A stretch of 64,000 nucleotides of DNA from Amphiscolops sp. MND2022 (Eukaryota). The DNA lies in assembly GCA_964187785.1 (NCBI GenBank), contig OZ076409.1:43216001-43280000 (forward strand), written 5' to 3'. Shown piece after piece: positions 12,230 to 26,269 of this stretch. A program made the translations under genes and the position numbers. The notes beneath the pieces were generated by a model that saw nothing but the letters and a program-made list of their open reading frames with translations, did not search any database and had not been told where the DNA came from. Numbering within the stretch: position 1 is the stretch's first letter; each line of letters begins with the position of its first letter.

Positions 12230-13441
12230 TAGATATATGCAAGTTAGATATATAGCATTAGATATATGCAAGTTAATACGCTACTAGTTTGATGCTATTT
12301 ATATCTCCCCTCCCAAGATGCCGTAATGTCTAGTGCATTAATCTGTTTTCAAAACTGATGATCTAATATTAGGACTAGAGCTATTTTTAGAATGAGTTCA
12401 CCCTAAATTTACCTACCTGACGTACAAAATAATGAAGTTCATGGTGTTTTAGCTACATATACTCGGAATTCGTTTCCAAAACAACCATTGTTGATACTGC
12501 TGATATACAATACACTGTACCGTTTTATCTGTTACATTTCGACTCATCGTCAATTCACGGTTGAAAACGAACTACTGTTTTGTTATCTCTTCGACAAGGA
12601 AACAGAAAGCTAAAGAAAAGCGTTCGAGGCAGTCAGACATATTGCCTGGTCTTGAAAACGTGGATGTTATGCTAGGTAACAATCTAGAAGAAAATTACTA
12701 AGTGCAAAGAGAGAATGATGAAAATGAAATAGACTCAATGTCAAACATACAGGACCAAAAACTAATCAATAACGGTGAAGCATTCAGGTCTTAGTTAAAC
12801 ACTAATCTTAGTTAAAAAGTAGTGGTTCAACCGTAGAACCAAGCAGAGCAATTAACTCTTAACTTTCTTCTCAGGTATCAAGAAGGTCAGATTGTAGAAG
12901 TAATTAACTAAGCTATAACTGAAAAGGTACATCCGTCTATAGAAAATGTTATTAGACCAACTAAAACCACTTTAAATGCAAAATGGGTGATTCGGTCAGA
13001 AGGACTGCATCATAGTGAGTTGGCTCATGTAACTCAGAAGCATGACCTTTGTTCAGACGGACTGCATCATAGTGAGTCTGCTCTTGTAGTTCAGAAGCAT
13101 GACTTCCGGTCAGACGGACTGCATCACAGTGAATTTCCGCAAGCAACTCAGAAACGTGACCTTCGGTCGGACGAACAGCATCACTGTGAGTTTGTACAAG
13201 CAACTCAGAAAAGTGACCTTAGGTCAAACGGACTGCATTCAAACAAAATCAGACCGATAGCTCGGAAATGCGACCCTCGGTCAGTCAAAGAGCATCAAAG
13301 TAAAGTTAGCCAATCAGTCCAGGAGTCTCAGAACGACCTCTCCAGGTTGAATGCAACTAGTAGTAACTAAAATAATCACTGTGTGTTTATCTCTGATTTC
13401 GATCTCTGATTCCGATCTGAGTGACGATGAAGGTTACGACA
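12230..13441 (+). mobile_element. Degenerate, 5'-truncated LTR related to the 31.5-kb family
   Basis: SSTRKQKAKEKRSRQSD...ENVDVMLGN at ~12587; ends GATGAAGGTTACGACA as in the intact LTR. Confidence 0.85.
12987..13330 (+). repeat. 57-bp tandem repeat (~6 units) within the LTR-encoded gag segment
   Basis: GAC(C/T)-NNN-G(G/T)TC cores at 13044, 13101, 13158, 13215 and 13272; encodes DLRSDGLHHSE-type 19-aa repeats. Confidence 0.9.
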
Positions 13442-14421
13442 CATCCATATACGCAAAATAAATTGTCACTCGGCAAACTTTGTAGTCTTTCTGAAGAAAC
13501 TTTCAACAAAAACTATAGGGCGCTGCAGAATGGGGAGAGTTTGGAAAAATGGCGTGCAAATACGATGACTGTAGGAGATTTAGTCGCCTTGCTCCAACTG
13601 AATCCACCGAATATTATGAACCAAAAGCAAACGGTGAAAAGTGGTAAACCTCCCAATACCAGAACAAAACAAAGAACACTCGCAAACATTGGCATTCGCA
13701 ACATTATTCCGAACAACGTCCCGCAATGACACAGGAGAAAAGTCACCTGAAAGTTTGAACAGAATGGCAACACTTCAATTTCGACAGTATTTCATAGACA
13801 AATGAGAGCGTGTTTCAACAACACCGCAATACTTTAGAAATTTGGAGTTCCCAAAGCTCAATAAAGCCAGACAAAAAAATGTCAAATGGGGTGCCTTTTC
13901 TTACAAGGGTTTTTTCTCAAAGTTGTGGAAGGAAATGGAACAATTACTAGTTCTACACGTTGCGGTATTATCCGAGTATTCAATGAGTATGGCAATGCTT
14001 TGTACAAAGAAACAAGCAATCGTGGAACAAGATGGCGCAACTCTCCTTGCGGCAAATGATACAAAACGTTTTTTCTAAAAAACATTTAGCAGGTTTTGCA
14101 GTCTCCCGCTAATTCCCCAGACCTGACGCCTATTTGAAATGCTTGGCACATACTTAAACGACATGTCGAAAAATCTTGCTCAAGGACGAAAGCTGAGTTA
14201 CGAAAATCCGTCTTGGGATCTCAACACATTATTACGTACGATACTAGAAGACATTTGATGACCTCAATTCAGGAACAACTTTCTCAATGTTGCAGTAAGC
14301 AGGGGAATCTAATTTGACTGTAATATTTTTGTTATACTCAATTTTGCTTTGTATACAACTTTCTGCTCTCTAGTATTTTTAAAAGCTGTTTTATTCTGCT
14401 GATTTTTTATCGCGAACTATA
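13442..14421 (+). mobile_element. Tc1/mariner transposon fossil
   Basis: Broken-frame motifs KWGAFSYKG, EQDGA and SPANSPDLTPI*NAWHILK (Tc1 consensus WPxxSPDLNPIENxW). Confidence 0.8.
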
Positions 14422-15583
14422 CATGCATGTACCAGGAATTGACCAGAAAACCCTTGGACGAAAACGAAGAAATGGAAGCCCGAATGATCAACATCAAAGA
14501 ACATGAGCCAACAGAGACTTCAACTCAAGAAACAGACAGGTCGCTGTAGAGAAGGAAGTTGTAGACATCGACAAATCCGCATCGTGGAAAGCAGCAATGA
14601 CACGCAACAAGTGAAAATCACCAGTTAATTCCTCAAAAAAACCGCACAGTGGAAAACTTGGGGCAGAATATTATCCAATGAACAGTTAAAAAGTTGGAAA
14701 AATTCGAATCTTTACAGGCTACATCTCGGTGGGTTATCTCGACATCAGCGATGCAAAGGATGAAATAATTCACCAGGCTGATTACTGGCAAGGCATCGGA
14801 AATACACTCAAAAATAGGCATTACAAAGCTAAATGGGATAAAATTCTCATTTGATCAAAAATCAGTTACTGTCGAAAAATGCAACAAGTCGCTATTTGAG
14901 CGAGATGAGAGTAATTCGTCGAGATCCCACCAGGATCGCACCATGAAAACGTATTACCCATGATGCCAGTACCTTCAATAGTTTTTGGAGACTTCAAAAG
15001 GCGGGACAAAATTTGTTTCATGAAAAGACAGGGTGTGAACCGTGAAAGTAATTACACATTATGCCTGTAGCTTGAATTGTTCCACAACTAATAGTTGCCA
15101 ACTAAGTTCATGTTGGAAAAACATTAAAGTTCCCTATTTCAACATTTTCTGAGTAAGTACACTAGATTAGCAAAAAATTAGAGACACTCTAAAATTTCTA
15201 AAAATGGTCATGCAGTATCACTGAAGATACTGTTCGTAACAAAACCTACCTGCGAAAACCTCTGTACCTTTGATTTAGATCTCTATTTTTTGACGTTAAT
15301 GGTTTTGATGGAAATTCTTTTCTCTAATTTTTACAATGCACATTCATCACAAAATGCTAATTTTTTCAATTTTTACTCTGTGAAATGATTTTTTTGCGGA
15401 ATCACAACTTTTTGGTTGTTCATTTTTTAGGAAAGCATTTTCAGAAAAAAAGTGATATTTATAAAAGTTGAAGAACTGTGTCAAGGTTACAAAAATAATC
15501 GAGGGAAGGTATTCTTCTGACCAATAGTTTATGAGGTATTGCGTTATGAAGTTCAACAGTTTCAGAAGTCCCAAAAACATATT

Positions 15584-15783
15584 NNNNNNNNNNNNNNNNN
15601 NNNNNNNNNNNNNNNNNNNNNNNNNNNNNNNNNNNNNNNNNNNNNNNNNNNNNNNNNNNNNNNNNNNNNNNNNNNNNNNNNNNNNNNNNNNNNNNNNNNN
15701 NNNNNNNNNNNNNNNNNNNNNNNNNNNNNNNNNNNNNNNNNNNNNNNNNNNNNNNNNNNNNNNNNNNNNNNNNNNNNNNNNNN
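15584..15783. other. Assembly gap (200 N)
   Basis: Run of N. Confidence 1.
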
Positions 15784-16679
15784 TTCATGAAACTGCCTCT
15801 TGGAAGATAATTTTCTGTAAAAGAGAATATGCTGTTTTGTTTCTGTATTTCCCAATCATTAAAATACCAAACAGTTTCAATTCTTGGAATCTGCCAAGTT
15901 TTCTTGATTATTTGTCAATTTTTAGGTATATATTTTTACCTCAAAAGTTGAGCAAGCCCTGAATCATGCGCTAAATTGAACCTTTCCAAGTATGTGAAAT
16001 CGAGCATAGAGAAATTTCCCCATTACGTGGGCATTAGAACATAGTTTTACAGCACCTACCAACTTACCAAGTGCAAATTGGTGTACAAACAAAACGGTCT
16101 AGTTTTGCCTACTACCAGAATAACGTATCAAGGACCAATACTAAGACACGCAATTGAAATTTCCGCAAAATCCGCAAGCTTGTTACACACAACGCTTTGG
16201 TTGTTGCAACTTTCTTATCAGTCCAGTAGAAATAGAAGCTTGAAATTCTTTGGTGTAGGTCCCGGCGTTTCACAAGCTTACCTGAATTGGAGTGTATTTC
16301 TAAGTTGATTGTTAGCGCTCGGTTGTGGCCTGAAGTTTGAAGCCGGCGACCAACATTATCTGGTTGCAAAGCGGCGAATGTTGGTTAACAGGATCTGGTT
16401 GTGACCTATGGCGTGGTTGTGGAAGTTGGAATAACTCCATTTCAGTCTTGTAGCCACTCCAAAAGCAAGTCTCCCATTCTGGAGTTTCCTTAAATTAACA
16501 CCATTGACTACTCAATCAACTTTAACCATCGAAAGTGTCTTGTATTATACTGTATCATTTATTGCGCCGCGATCTTTTTGAGGCGTCTCACCTAACATAC
16601 AAACTAACAATTCATTAAAAACCTTTATATTGAACAGCAAAGGATCCTAAGGGCGTGTAACATTATCAGTACTTCAACC

Positions 16680-17187
16680 ATGGTTCCCAAAAAGAAAAAC
16701 ACTGCGACTGGATCTCTGGCTTTGTCCAGCCGGGTAACTCCCTCCGTGGAAAATATGGAGAAAAAGTTGTCGAGACCTTACAGAGAGGTGTTGGAAAACT
16801 GGGAACACGATTACGTAGAAAAAGCCAATGAGCGATGGAAGGAAAACCATCGCAACTTCATCAAGGAACTTTTGTTCCAGCAAGACTTGCTTGATAGCTA
16901 CAAAAGTGTGAAAAACCGAAGAGTTAACTTCAAAGAACAACCAACCGGAAGTTTAGTTGTGAACAAAAAACTGAGCACTATCGAGGAATCGGGGACTTTG
17001 GGAACTATCACCGAGCCGGTTGAGTATGTTATCAGTGGAGGCATTCCCGCTTCGTCTGTTCCCATCAAAAAAATTGTGACCTATTACGGCTTAGTGGATG
17101 ACGTCAATTTGAGTGAAAGGACAACTTACGTGACCGATGACCTTTTGACACAGAAGCAAGGTGGATTAGTAACTGTGGCGCCTTCAG
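16680..17187 (+). CDS. Host gene coding exon (probable first coding exon), unknown protein
   Basis: ATG-led open frame ending at the phase-1 donor TCAG|GTAAAG. Confidence 0.7.
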
Positions 17188-17273
17188 GTAAAGGTTTACA
17201 GAAACTGAAACGAAAATCGAATATTTTTTGCAAGTCTTTAGGAGGATCTTGAAAAACCGAAAACAAAAAAGTG

Positions 17274-18999
17274 CCTGCGGTTGCAAAGTTTAAAACTCAT
17301 TTTATTGTTACTTTGTTCAAACTAAGTACTGAGAGATTTTATTATATTTCAGCGGTAGAAATATTTCTCCCGTTGTCACTCTTGTCAAGTAACTTTTTAA
17401 ATTGACTGAAATTTAACAAAAATATTTTTGTCAGATAACCTTCATAGCTAATAGGGCAACAAAGCGTATTTGCTATTTTTTAGTAAATCCTGCGGTTGCA
17501 AAGTTTGAAACTCATTTTATTGTTACTTTGTACAAATTTAGTACTGAGAGATTTTATTATATTTCAGCGGTAAAAATATTTCTCCCGTTGTCACTCTTGT
17601 CAAGTAACTTTTTAAATTGACTAAAAGTTAGCAATAATATTTTTGTCAGATAGGCATCATAGCTAATAGTGCAACAAAGCGTATTTGCTATTATTTTTAG
17701 TAAATCCTGCGGTTGCTAATTTTGAAACTCATTTTATTGTTACTTTTTTCAAACTTAGTACTGAGAGATTTTATCATCTTTCGCGGTAGAAATATTTCTC
17801 CCGTTGTCACTCTTGTCAAGTAACTTTTTAAACTGACTGAATTCCAACAATGTTCTTTTTGTCAGATAACCTTCATAGCTAATAGGGCAACAAAGCGTAT
17901 TTGCTATTTATTTAGTGAATCCTGCAGTTGCAAAGTTTGAAACTCACTTTATTGATACTTTGTTCAAACTTAGTACTGAGAGATTTTTTTATATTTCAGC
18001 GGTAAAAATATTTCTCCCGTTGTCACTCTTGTCAAGTAACTTTTTGAATTGACTGAAATTTAACAAATAATATTTTTGTCAGATAACCTTCATAGCCAAT
18101 AGGGCAAAAGCGTATTTGCTATTTTTTTAGTTAAATCTTGCGGTTGCAAAGTTTGAAACTCATTTTATTGTTACTTTGTACAAACTTAGTACTGAGAGAT
18201 TTTTATCATATTTCAGCAGTAGAAATTTTTCTCCCGTTGTCACACTTGTCAAGTAATTTTTTTAAGTTGATTGAAATTTAACAATAATATTTTTGTCAGA
18301 TAACCTTCATAGCTAATAGGGCAACAAAGCGTGTTTGCTATTTTTTTAGTAAATCTTGCGGTTGCAAAGTTTGAAACTCATTTTATTGTTACTTTGTACA
18401 ACTTAGTACTGAGAGGTTTTTTTTATATTTCAGCGGTAGAAATATTTCTCCCGTTGTCACTCTTGTCAAGTAACTATTTAAATTGACTGAAATTTAACAA
18501 TACCATTTTTGTCAGATAACCTTCATAGCCAATAGGGCAACCAAGCGTATTTGCTTTTTTTAGTAAACCCTGCGGTTGCAAAGTTTGAAATTCATTTTAT
18601 TGTTACTTTGTACAAACTTAGTACTGAGAGATTTTATTATATTTCAGCGGTAGAAATATTTCTCCCGTTGTGACTCTTGTCAAGTAACTATTTAAATTGA
18701 CTGAAATTTAACAATAATATTTTTGTCAGATAACCTTCCTGGCCAATAGGGCAACCAAGCGTATTTGCTTTTTTTAGTAAATCCTGCGGTTGCAAAGTTT
18801 GAAACTCATTTTATTGTTACTTTGTACAAACTTAGTACTGAGAGATTTTATTATATTTCAGCGGTAGAAATATTTTTCCCGTTGTCACTCTTGACAAGTA
18901 ACTTTTTAAATTGACTGAAATTTAATAATAATATGTTTGTCAGATAACCTTCATAGCTAATACGGCAACAAAGCGTATTTGCTATTTTTTTAGTGAATC
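17274..18999 (+). repeat. Intronic tandem satellite, 8 copies of ~215 bp
   Basis: Unit starts C(C/T)TGC(G/A)GTTGC at ~17274, 17489, 17706, 17921, 18137, 18355, 18569 and 18783; high identity between units. Confidence 0.97.
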
Positions 19000-19078
19000 A
19001 AGATCATTAAAATCATATTTTTAATGAATTCGGTATTTGGTTGCACATTGGATTTTGCACTCTGCATACCTTTATCAG

Positions 19079-19416
19079 GTGATTACACTTACCTGGATAC
19101 TTATTCCAAAACCGGAGCAGCTTTGGCTCTGGCCGGGCGAAACTCCGGACTGGCAGGAGGACGGTCAGATGACGTCTACGAGGTGTTAGAGGAAAATTTG
19201 GTCGGGGATACTGATCCTTTCGGCATTGCGAGACAGAGAAAAGTTGTGAGAGACGGTGCCCATGCCAAGGAACACCATATGGTTGATCTCATCATCAAGG
19301 ACGGGTCACGCTATTACCCGGGGGGTTCAAACAAAGTGACAGCTTTAGATTTAGCAGACGCTAAGGGGCTCAGTCGAGAAGCTTTGAGGAACCGAGTCAA
19401 CAAACGAACTGGTTAG
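19079..19416 (+). CDS. Host gene terminal exon (joins 16680-17187 in frame; ~281 aa total)
   Basis: Phase-1 acceptor TTTATCAG|GT; open to TAG; GC-richer than flanks. Confidence 0.7.
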
Positions 19417-19944
19417 TCAGTTGTATTGTGTTCAATCATAAATTTGAACAAATTAAAACTGCATGAATCAATACCGCTTTAATATACATGTAGTTTCCAT
19501 TGTTCAAATTTTTAGAGATGGAAATTTATAAATTTACAAATGGGAACATTTTGCGTACATTGCATGCATGATTTATAAAAAATCACTTTTCTTTGTATAT
19601 TTAGAAATGAAATCAGCATTATTGTACCTATGAACATTTATAGGTAGGGCACAAGCAAAACAATCGAATCTGCCTATTGGTAAGAAAAAAATTGCTCTCG
19701 CGAACAAATTAATAGCTTAAACAAATACTCATTATTGCAACAAATAGCGCTTGATAAGTTTCTAATGACTTTGCTTTATGATGCTTTTCCGCTTCGCAAA
19801 AGAAAAACTCCTATTTTGCCTTGAAAATTATGATAATTTTGACACATGAAAAAAATCATGAGAATACTTTAGAATCATTTAGAATACTCAAACTTCCAAT
19901 GATTTTCCAATGGTTTTCTTCCATGAGTTAAGATTTTCATTATA

Positions 19945-20251
19945 ACTCGATTTGGCTAACGACAACTGTTTTGGCTAATCAAAGTTTTTTCTTTCAAGAG
20001 TTGAAATTCTTATTATACCAAAGTTTTTTAAACAGCTATCTTTAAAACGGCTGACTTACATGTATGACCGCATTAGGTAACATTTAAATAGCAACATTAA
20101 GCAGATATACACTATAGTCAACAGTCAACAGGATTTGTAAGTCTGCCATTATAAGAATAGCTGTTAAAAAAACTTTGGTATAATAAGAATTTCAACTCTT
20201 GAAAGAAAAAACTTTGATTAGCCAAAACAGTTGTCGTTAGCCAAATCGAGT
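19945..20251. mobile_element. MITE-like foldback element with ~115-bp inverted arms
   Basis: ACTCGATTTGGCTAACGAC... and ...GTCGTTAGCCAAATCGAGT; a similar terminus recurs at ~20280. Confidence 0.75.
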
Positions 20252-20689
20252 GCCTTTAGCTTTTTGGTACACTACAGGCACTAGATTTGGCTAACAGCTA
20301 TTTTCAAAGCGCAATATCTTTTGATATATTCGTTTTTACGAAACAGTCCCAGGTACAAAAATCACTCAAAGTTTGATCAAAATAATAACGTTGTTTTGTT
20401 CCCAAACTAAATCAAAAATGAAAATCTTTTTCAATATAAATTGGGGAAATTTAGTTTTGAATTTTATCATGCAATATCTCAAAGTCAAAAACTACTGGTC
20501 AGAACAAAAACCTCCACCGATCACTTTTGCTTTCTTGACACCGTTCTTCAACGTTAATGTCTCACATATCCTTGAAAAGGTTTCTTTAAAATGGATAGCC
20601 ACAAACAGTTGTTATTCATTCGAAACATTTGTACAGAGCAAAAATTTCATACTTCGCATTTTGTGGTTCAAATTCTCAAGGAGCTCGTG

Positions 20690-21440
20690 TTCAATAAACA
20701 GGTAAATTCAAACGTTGGAGATTGGAATCGAAGGTGTAAAAATATACCCAAGGATTTTTTTGTTCCACGCAACAATTCTGGAGATATTGCAAGATAACGT
20801 ATGAAATTGCTATTATTGAAAAACAATATATTTTTTCGAATCAACAAAGACCCCGTATTATTGATAGGAGTTGGAGAATTTTGCCCCAGGGACTTTTGTG
20901 TCAATCGTGTAAAACATTATTGCGATTTGAATTTCTCGTCAGTGAAATTGAGTGTCTTCGGATTTTTGGTACTACCATAACATGTGTGTCCTTCTTCTGT
21001 ACCGATGTCTAAGATTCATTTTCATTGAAATATATGAAAAGTTTGGATTCAAAAACTTTTGTAGGCATTTTGCTCCAGAGTGGAATAACTAGATTGAAAA
21101 AACTATTTCGAAGGTATTCACTATTCGTTTTTGTTTTGTTCATTTACGTTTCGCTACGAGGAAGATATTTGAATTTGGCGTTCGGTAGTTTCAGCGAGGT
21201 CTTGAATGCTGGTACCAGACTGTTCTGGTATTTCCAAAAGTATGTAACAGACCTATATTCAAGCATTAATTTGATAGGAAAAAACTGTGTTTGATTTTGA
21301 GGTCACTCGAATAGTCAAATTTGTTGCGGTTGAGCCCAACTCAGTTGTTTTTCTAGCGAAGTAATTAGATTTTGTGATATACCATTCAAGAGGATAGCTG
21401 GATGTTGTGATACGCTGAACACAGCACACAAAAAAGACAT
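20690..21440 (-). mobile_element. Decayed CR1/L2-like LINE 3' fragments
   Basis: Minus-strand EYLRNSFFNLVIPLWSKMPT resembles the F-x-x-R-V-x-x-x-W-N-x-L-P C-terminus of CR1/L2 ORF2; LQRLNLP fragment nearby. Confidence 0.4.
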
Positions 21441-23741
21441 TCGCGAATTTTAAAACTCAAAAATGAACAATTCTGACAATTTTCGATGCATTTGATTTTT
21501 CTAATTTATACTTTTACATGTGGCGTCGTTGAGTATTCATTCCGCTCTCGAGCCTCGCTCAGCGGTTACTTCCGTTTCGTCAAAAAAAACACGAAAATAA
21601 TTTGACACATTTACCGACAAAAGTTCTATACCTGCTGAATCACCCTAATTTCTTCAAAACGTTTCAGGCGAAACTGCTTGGAAGTTTGCTCACAGATACA
21701 ATGCCTCCATATCAAAAAAAATATCAAAAATGTTTTGTTATTCCTGCTCCTGCAGAATTCGTGAAGTTATGCAAATTTGCAGTCCACTAATTTCGAAAAA
21801 AATGGAAATTCTTGAGTATAAAACAAACAATACAAGCATGAGAATACGCCTCCGATTCATCTGAATATACCCTCAAAGTGTTTTGAGTAAATAAATTGGA
21901 AAATTTTAAATCAGTTTTCGGAATAATGTTTTCGCTGATTTCTTGCCCTATGCGAAGTTGTCCAAATTGTCAGAAAAATTTCTCAAAACCAAGAGCAGAT
22001 AGTTACTATGTTTTCGCAGAAAGAACCAAGAGCAGATAGTTACTATGTTTTCGCAGAAAGTACGGCAAGAGCCTAAGCCACAATTCGGCAGAAGCATTTA
22101 TGGAAAAATACGTCTTCATGGTTTTTTTCGCGAGCTAAGCTAAAAATTTGCCTTAAAAATTCGGAAAAAATTTATACGTTCTGGAGATTTTTTTCCGGAA
22201 AAGTCATGAGAAAAGAACGAACTTTTCATCAATTTTTTGTGTTTTGGACTCCTATATCTCGGACTTGCAAAATCATTCGATGTCCATGTTTCCGTACACG
22301 GTACTACACAAAGCCAAGGCATTTTTGCGAGCTTTTTTTCGAGAATTATATCTTCACTGTTTTTTTGCAAATAGTATATGAAAAGTTCTAAAATTCCAGG
22401 GTTTTTGAATTTTAGATTCAAGTACTTTTATCTGAGAACGGATCAAATCCGAATATTTTCTAATCTGATGTGCAGAGGCCTTCTAGCGCAACATCAAAAA
22501 AAATTAAGCTTATGTGCTCGAAGCCCAGTGAGAGATTCGTCGCTCCTATGTTTTGTTTTTGTGACATTCCGGAAATTCACGATTTCCAAATTGCCATCAG
22601 TGACGAGGTTTTTGAAGAAAAGAGCTAAAAAAGCAAAAAAAATTAATTTCTGCTACCTTCTAAACGTTTCTCAAAGCATTACAGCAGAAGTTCATGATAA
22701 AAAAAGTGAATAAAATCTTCCTGCAGCCAAAATTTGACATGCAGTTTTTGTTTTCTGACGCTCAATTGATTCTTCAAAAATTATTTTCAGACCATTTGTC
22801 TTTTCCAACTTAACTTCTTTACGGACAGAACTTTTCCAACTACGTGTTTCTATGCATGATCATGGTACAATAGTCATGCTGTTTTTTCGCTTCTAATCGT
22901 GTGCTTCATGCGTGATCTATTCGTTGAATCAAAACCCCTCAAAGCAGAAAGAACTCGAAAAAAGTTTAGAGCCATGGAAAACACGAATTAAAAAACAATT
23001 GATCTAGAAATTCACAATTCTAGACTATGCAAGTTCCAAATCCAACATATTTAAGAGGTTACCTTTTGTGTTATTTAGTCAATTGTGAAACAAATTGCAA
23101 ATCAAAAGATCTAAAACTACTGAATTTGATTTGTAAACATTATAATTTTGTTTCGAAATTCTATAGGTTTCGAAACTCTAGAACCACTAGGAGTTCATTC
23201 ATGTATTTCACTAGACTCACAGTAATCAAAATTACTATTTCGGATTCCATCCACTGGGAAAATGATGTGAAATCGATTCCAGATCATGTTCCTGGCCCAT
23301 GGATTTACCATATACCATGCATGGTTGATTTTGATTCCCTAAATTTACTATCTAACTTGATTTTATTTCCGCGTTTAATCGTCGCCAGAAACCGCAAAAC
23401 TTGAGAAATCCCTTTAAAAACACCGGAAAACCTAAAACAGAAACATTATCCATGTAAAAGTTTTCTTTTTAAACAAGCGAAGCTTCTCAATTTTTTGTAG
23501 TGATGCTGCAACGAAAGTGGAACCCAAAATTAGATCAGTTGCGCTTGAAAATATCTGATTTTCAAAATACTGGGAATCAGTGCATTGTCCAAGCATGATC
23601 ATACATGGAATTACGTGATGGTCATTTCCAATGATCTAACAAAATCTTCCGCACACTCCTAAAATATTTTTTCCTGCAGGCGTAGAGAGAAACAGACAGA
23701 AATAGACAAAAATGAACTGCAGAGAAAAAGAAAGAAAGAAA

Positions 23742-23748
<7 letters not shown>

Positions 23749-23826
<78 letters not shown>
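23749..23826 (+). repeat. (AG)n microsatellite
   Basis: Direct reading. Confidence 0.98.
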
Positions 23827-23828
<2 letters not shown>

Positions 23829-24559
23829 ACACAAGCTGCCCGGTTAAACAAGACTTCGAACTTGAAAAGGAAAAATCAGTCTCTCGATTTGATTTCAGGC
23901 AATGTATGTACCTATAAAAGTCATTTGGGTCATCCAAGCTCTCAAGAAAAACGCAAGAATAGCTTGGGGTTGAACTGTGACCAAAAAATGGAGGAAAACT
24001 ACAACTGTCATTGACGACTAAAAAGCAAGAGTACGTGATTAAGGGTTTTTACGGAAAACATGGCGGAAGTTATATTAAAAGTTGTCCCAGCCTCCGCAAG
24101 GCTGCGAAAACCACAACAACATGAGAGTATCCGACGGAAAGAATTGAAGAAATTGACATGAAGCATCCCAAGAAGCAACATAAAGAACATGAAAGAAACA
24201 TCTGACAAACATTAACTGAAGTACCTAAAATTTCATGTTATTTCCGCGCAAAGTATTAAAACATGACGCGGGAATAGAAAAAAAACACTTTACTGTTCTC
24301 TGAATAAACTGGGCAGTACTTACTGTTTGTACTAATTTGGATCCTAATCAATCTGAAAACGCATTTGCAATCCATATTCGATCTAGTATATTCAATCTTC
24401 CCGGTTTGTTTAACTTTCTTGTTCCTTTCTAACACAAATAACCTTCGATTTTCTTGCATTAATGTCGCGAAGATATTTTGGCAGACCATCACAATTCAAA
24501 AAGAGATTGTGAGGTTAAAGAAACAAGTTACGACACTAATTAACTTCTTATCCTGCTTC

Positions 24560-25339
24560 CGGGGATTTCCTAGATGAGATGCCTGAGAAGACGAATAAGA
24601 GACGACTTAGAAGAGACTAGACTGCCCTGAGAAAACTAGGCCAGAAACCGAGTTCGACAATCGCTACAACGGCGGAAGTTCCAGCCTGTCTGAGAGAGAC
24701 TTTCAGGACATAACCAATAAAATCGAGAAAGCAAAATACAGAGAAGGATTATTACAGAGGAACGCTCAGGAAATGGAAAACAAGCCGGGAACGGCCCAAG
24801 TCTGCGCCATATCTAAGGCTCAAAAATAGCAAAAGGACTTCAATGTGTCAAGTATTCTCTTCTACAGTGCCAGCGTGAGGAAAAAATTAGAAAAAAATCC
24901 GAATTAAAAAAAAATTCTCTCTGGTAAGTCGCATAGTGCCAAAAAATGTAAAAGGGGGCCTTTGGGAGTTTTTGAACAAACATTCTCTTGCAAAATAGAA
25001 AAAATGAAGGGGGACCTTTTGGAGACATATAAAAAATTTGCAAAAAAAGTCTCACCAAGCCGAAAAAAACCTGGACAAAAAATTTTTGGTCATGGACGGC
25101 ACTCGAACCCACGTCCTTCTGCTTGGTAGACATCAAAAACTATCCTAACTAACCTCTATGCTAAGTGGCAGTAGAAGTTACAAGTGTGGCAGTTAGTGGA
25201 CGCAGCTTATAAAGCTTATGAAATCTGTCACTTCGTTGGTCTTAAAAAAAAAGAAAAAAAAGTCACTGCTATAGTCTGCGTTTTCTACGAAAAGCCCCGA
25301 CTAATAACCAAGAAATAACTTCGCAAGACTGTTACGACA
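24560..25339 (+). mobile_element. LTR remnant with gag-like N-terminus, interrupted by a HINE-like repeat
   Basis: MPEKTNKRRLRR... and SLSERDFQDITNKIEK; ends GTTACGACA at 25339 like the other LTR termini. Confidence 0.5.
24779..25305 (-). mobile_element. HINE-like element containing a B-box-like segment
   Basis: Same termini as 6919-7409; GGTTCGAGTGCC on the minus strand near 25100. Confidence 0.65.
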
Positions 25340-26269
25340 AAAATGTCCTAATGAAGAGAAAGATCACGTAGAAAACAGTCTACGTCTGCTGTTCGCTTGG
25401 AATATTTGATGCACAAAATTTTATGTGTAGATCTTTTACGTCTTCATACAAAAACCCACAAGATAAATTTCACCCAGCCAATTCAGATAAAACTGAGTTG
25501 GTCAACAGTTTAGTTCGCAATGAGTAATCACTGACAAGTTCGCCAAGTTTAGATTTCGCAATGGCTACGTTACTTTTTCAAATTAGCCTGGGATATATAC
25601 CTTCAGATGGAATGCCAGTCCCATCGGTACCTACTTAATACTTTAATGACACCTTTCTCTATGATCTGAACACAAACTACAAAAACTCAAACAACAAAAA
25701 TGTGAAGTCAAATTGAAGCAATATATATTAATTGTCTCAAAGATGCTCTTTTCATCAACAAGCCTCTCTGCAGAATATTTTGATATAAAAATTCAACTTC
25801 TGCCCGTACCCGCAAGTTTTACCCCAGTACTTATTACTTTTGTGTATACATGGTTTTTGTCAAAAACAGTTGTAAATCATTTGAAAATTACTTTATACTG
25901 CCATTGATGAAATTACTGAAGAATGATTTTTCCAATGAATGCACTGCTTTGGTTAAAAATCAAAATTTAAACTAAATTCATTCTTTGATGCTGAATATCA
26001 TTACACTGGCTTATTTAAGAATCTGAGAGGAACACTGAATTCGGTAATATGTCGAAGAAAATCTCATTGGGAGCCTAATTTTTAGTCGACGTTTCATTTA
26101 ATATAACACGACTATTATAATACTCTTCGTCGTTTTTTTTCAATCCGGCCAAAGCGAACAAAAAATTCTACAGTAATTCTATATTTATACTAAATTTCAA
26201 ATTGATTGGAAGGATCTACCCTTTCACACTTTGAAATTCATATTGATATTGAAAAGTAATGTGACTGTT

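Noticed and set aside
15459..15962. ORFs containing X runs
   Set aside because: They span the N gap.
17274..18999. CRISPR-like array
   Set aside because: Whole units repeat with no unique spacers; eukaryotic context with no cas genes.
23622..24014. SL- or RE-repeat ORFs
   Set aside because: Artefacts of the (AG)n microsatellite.
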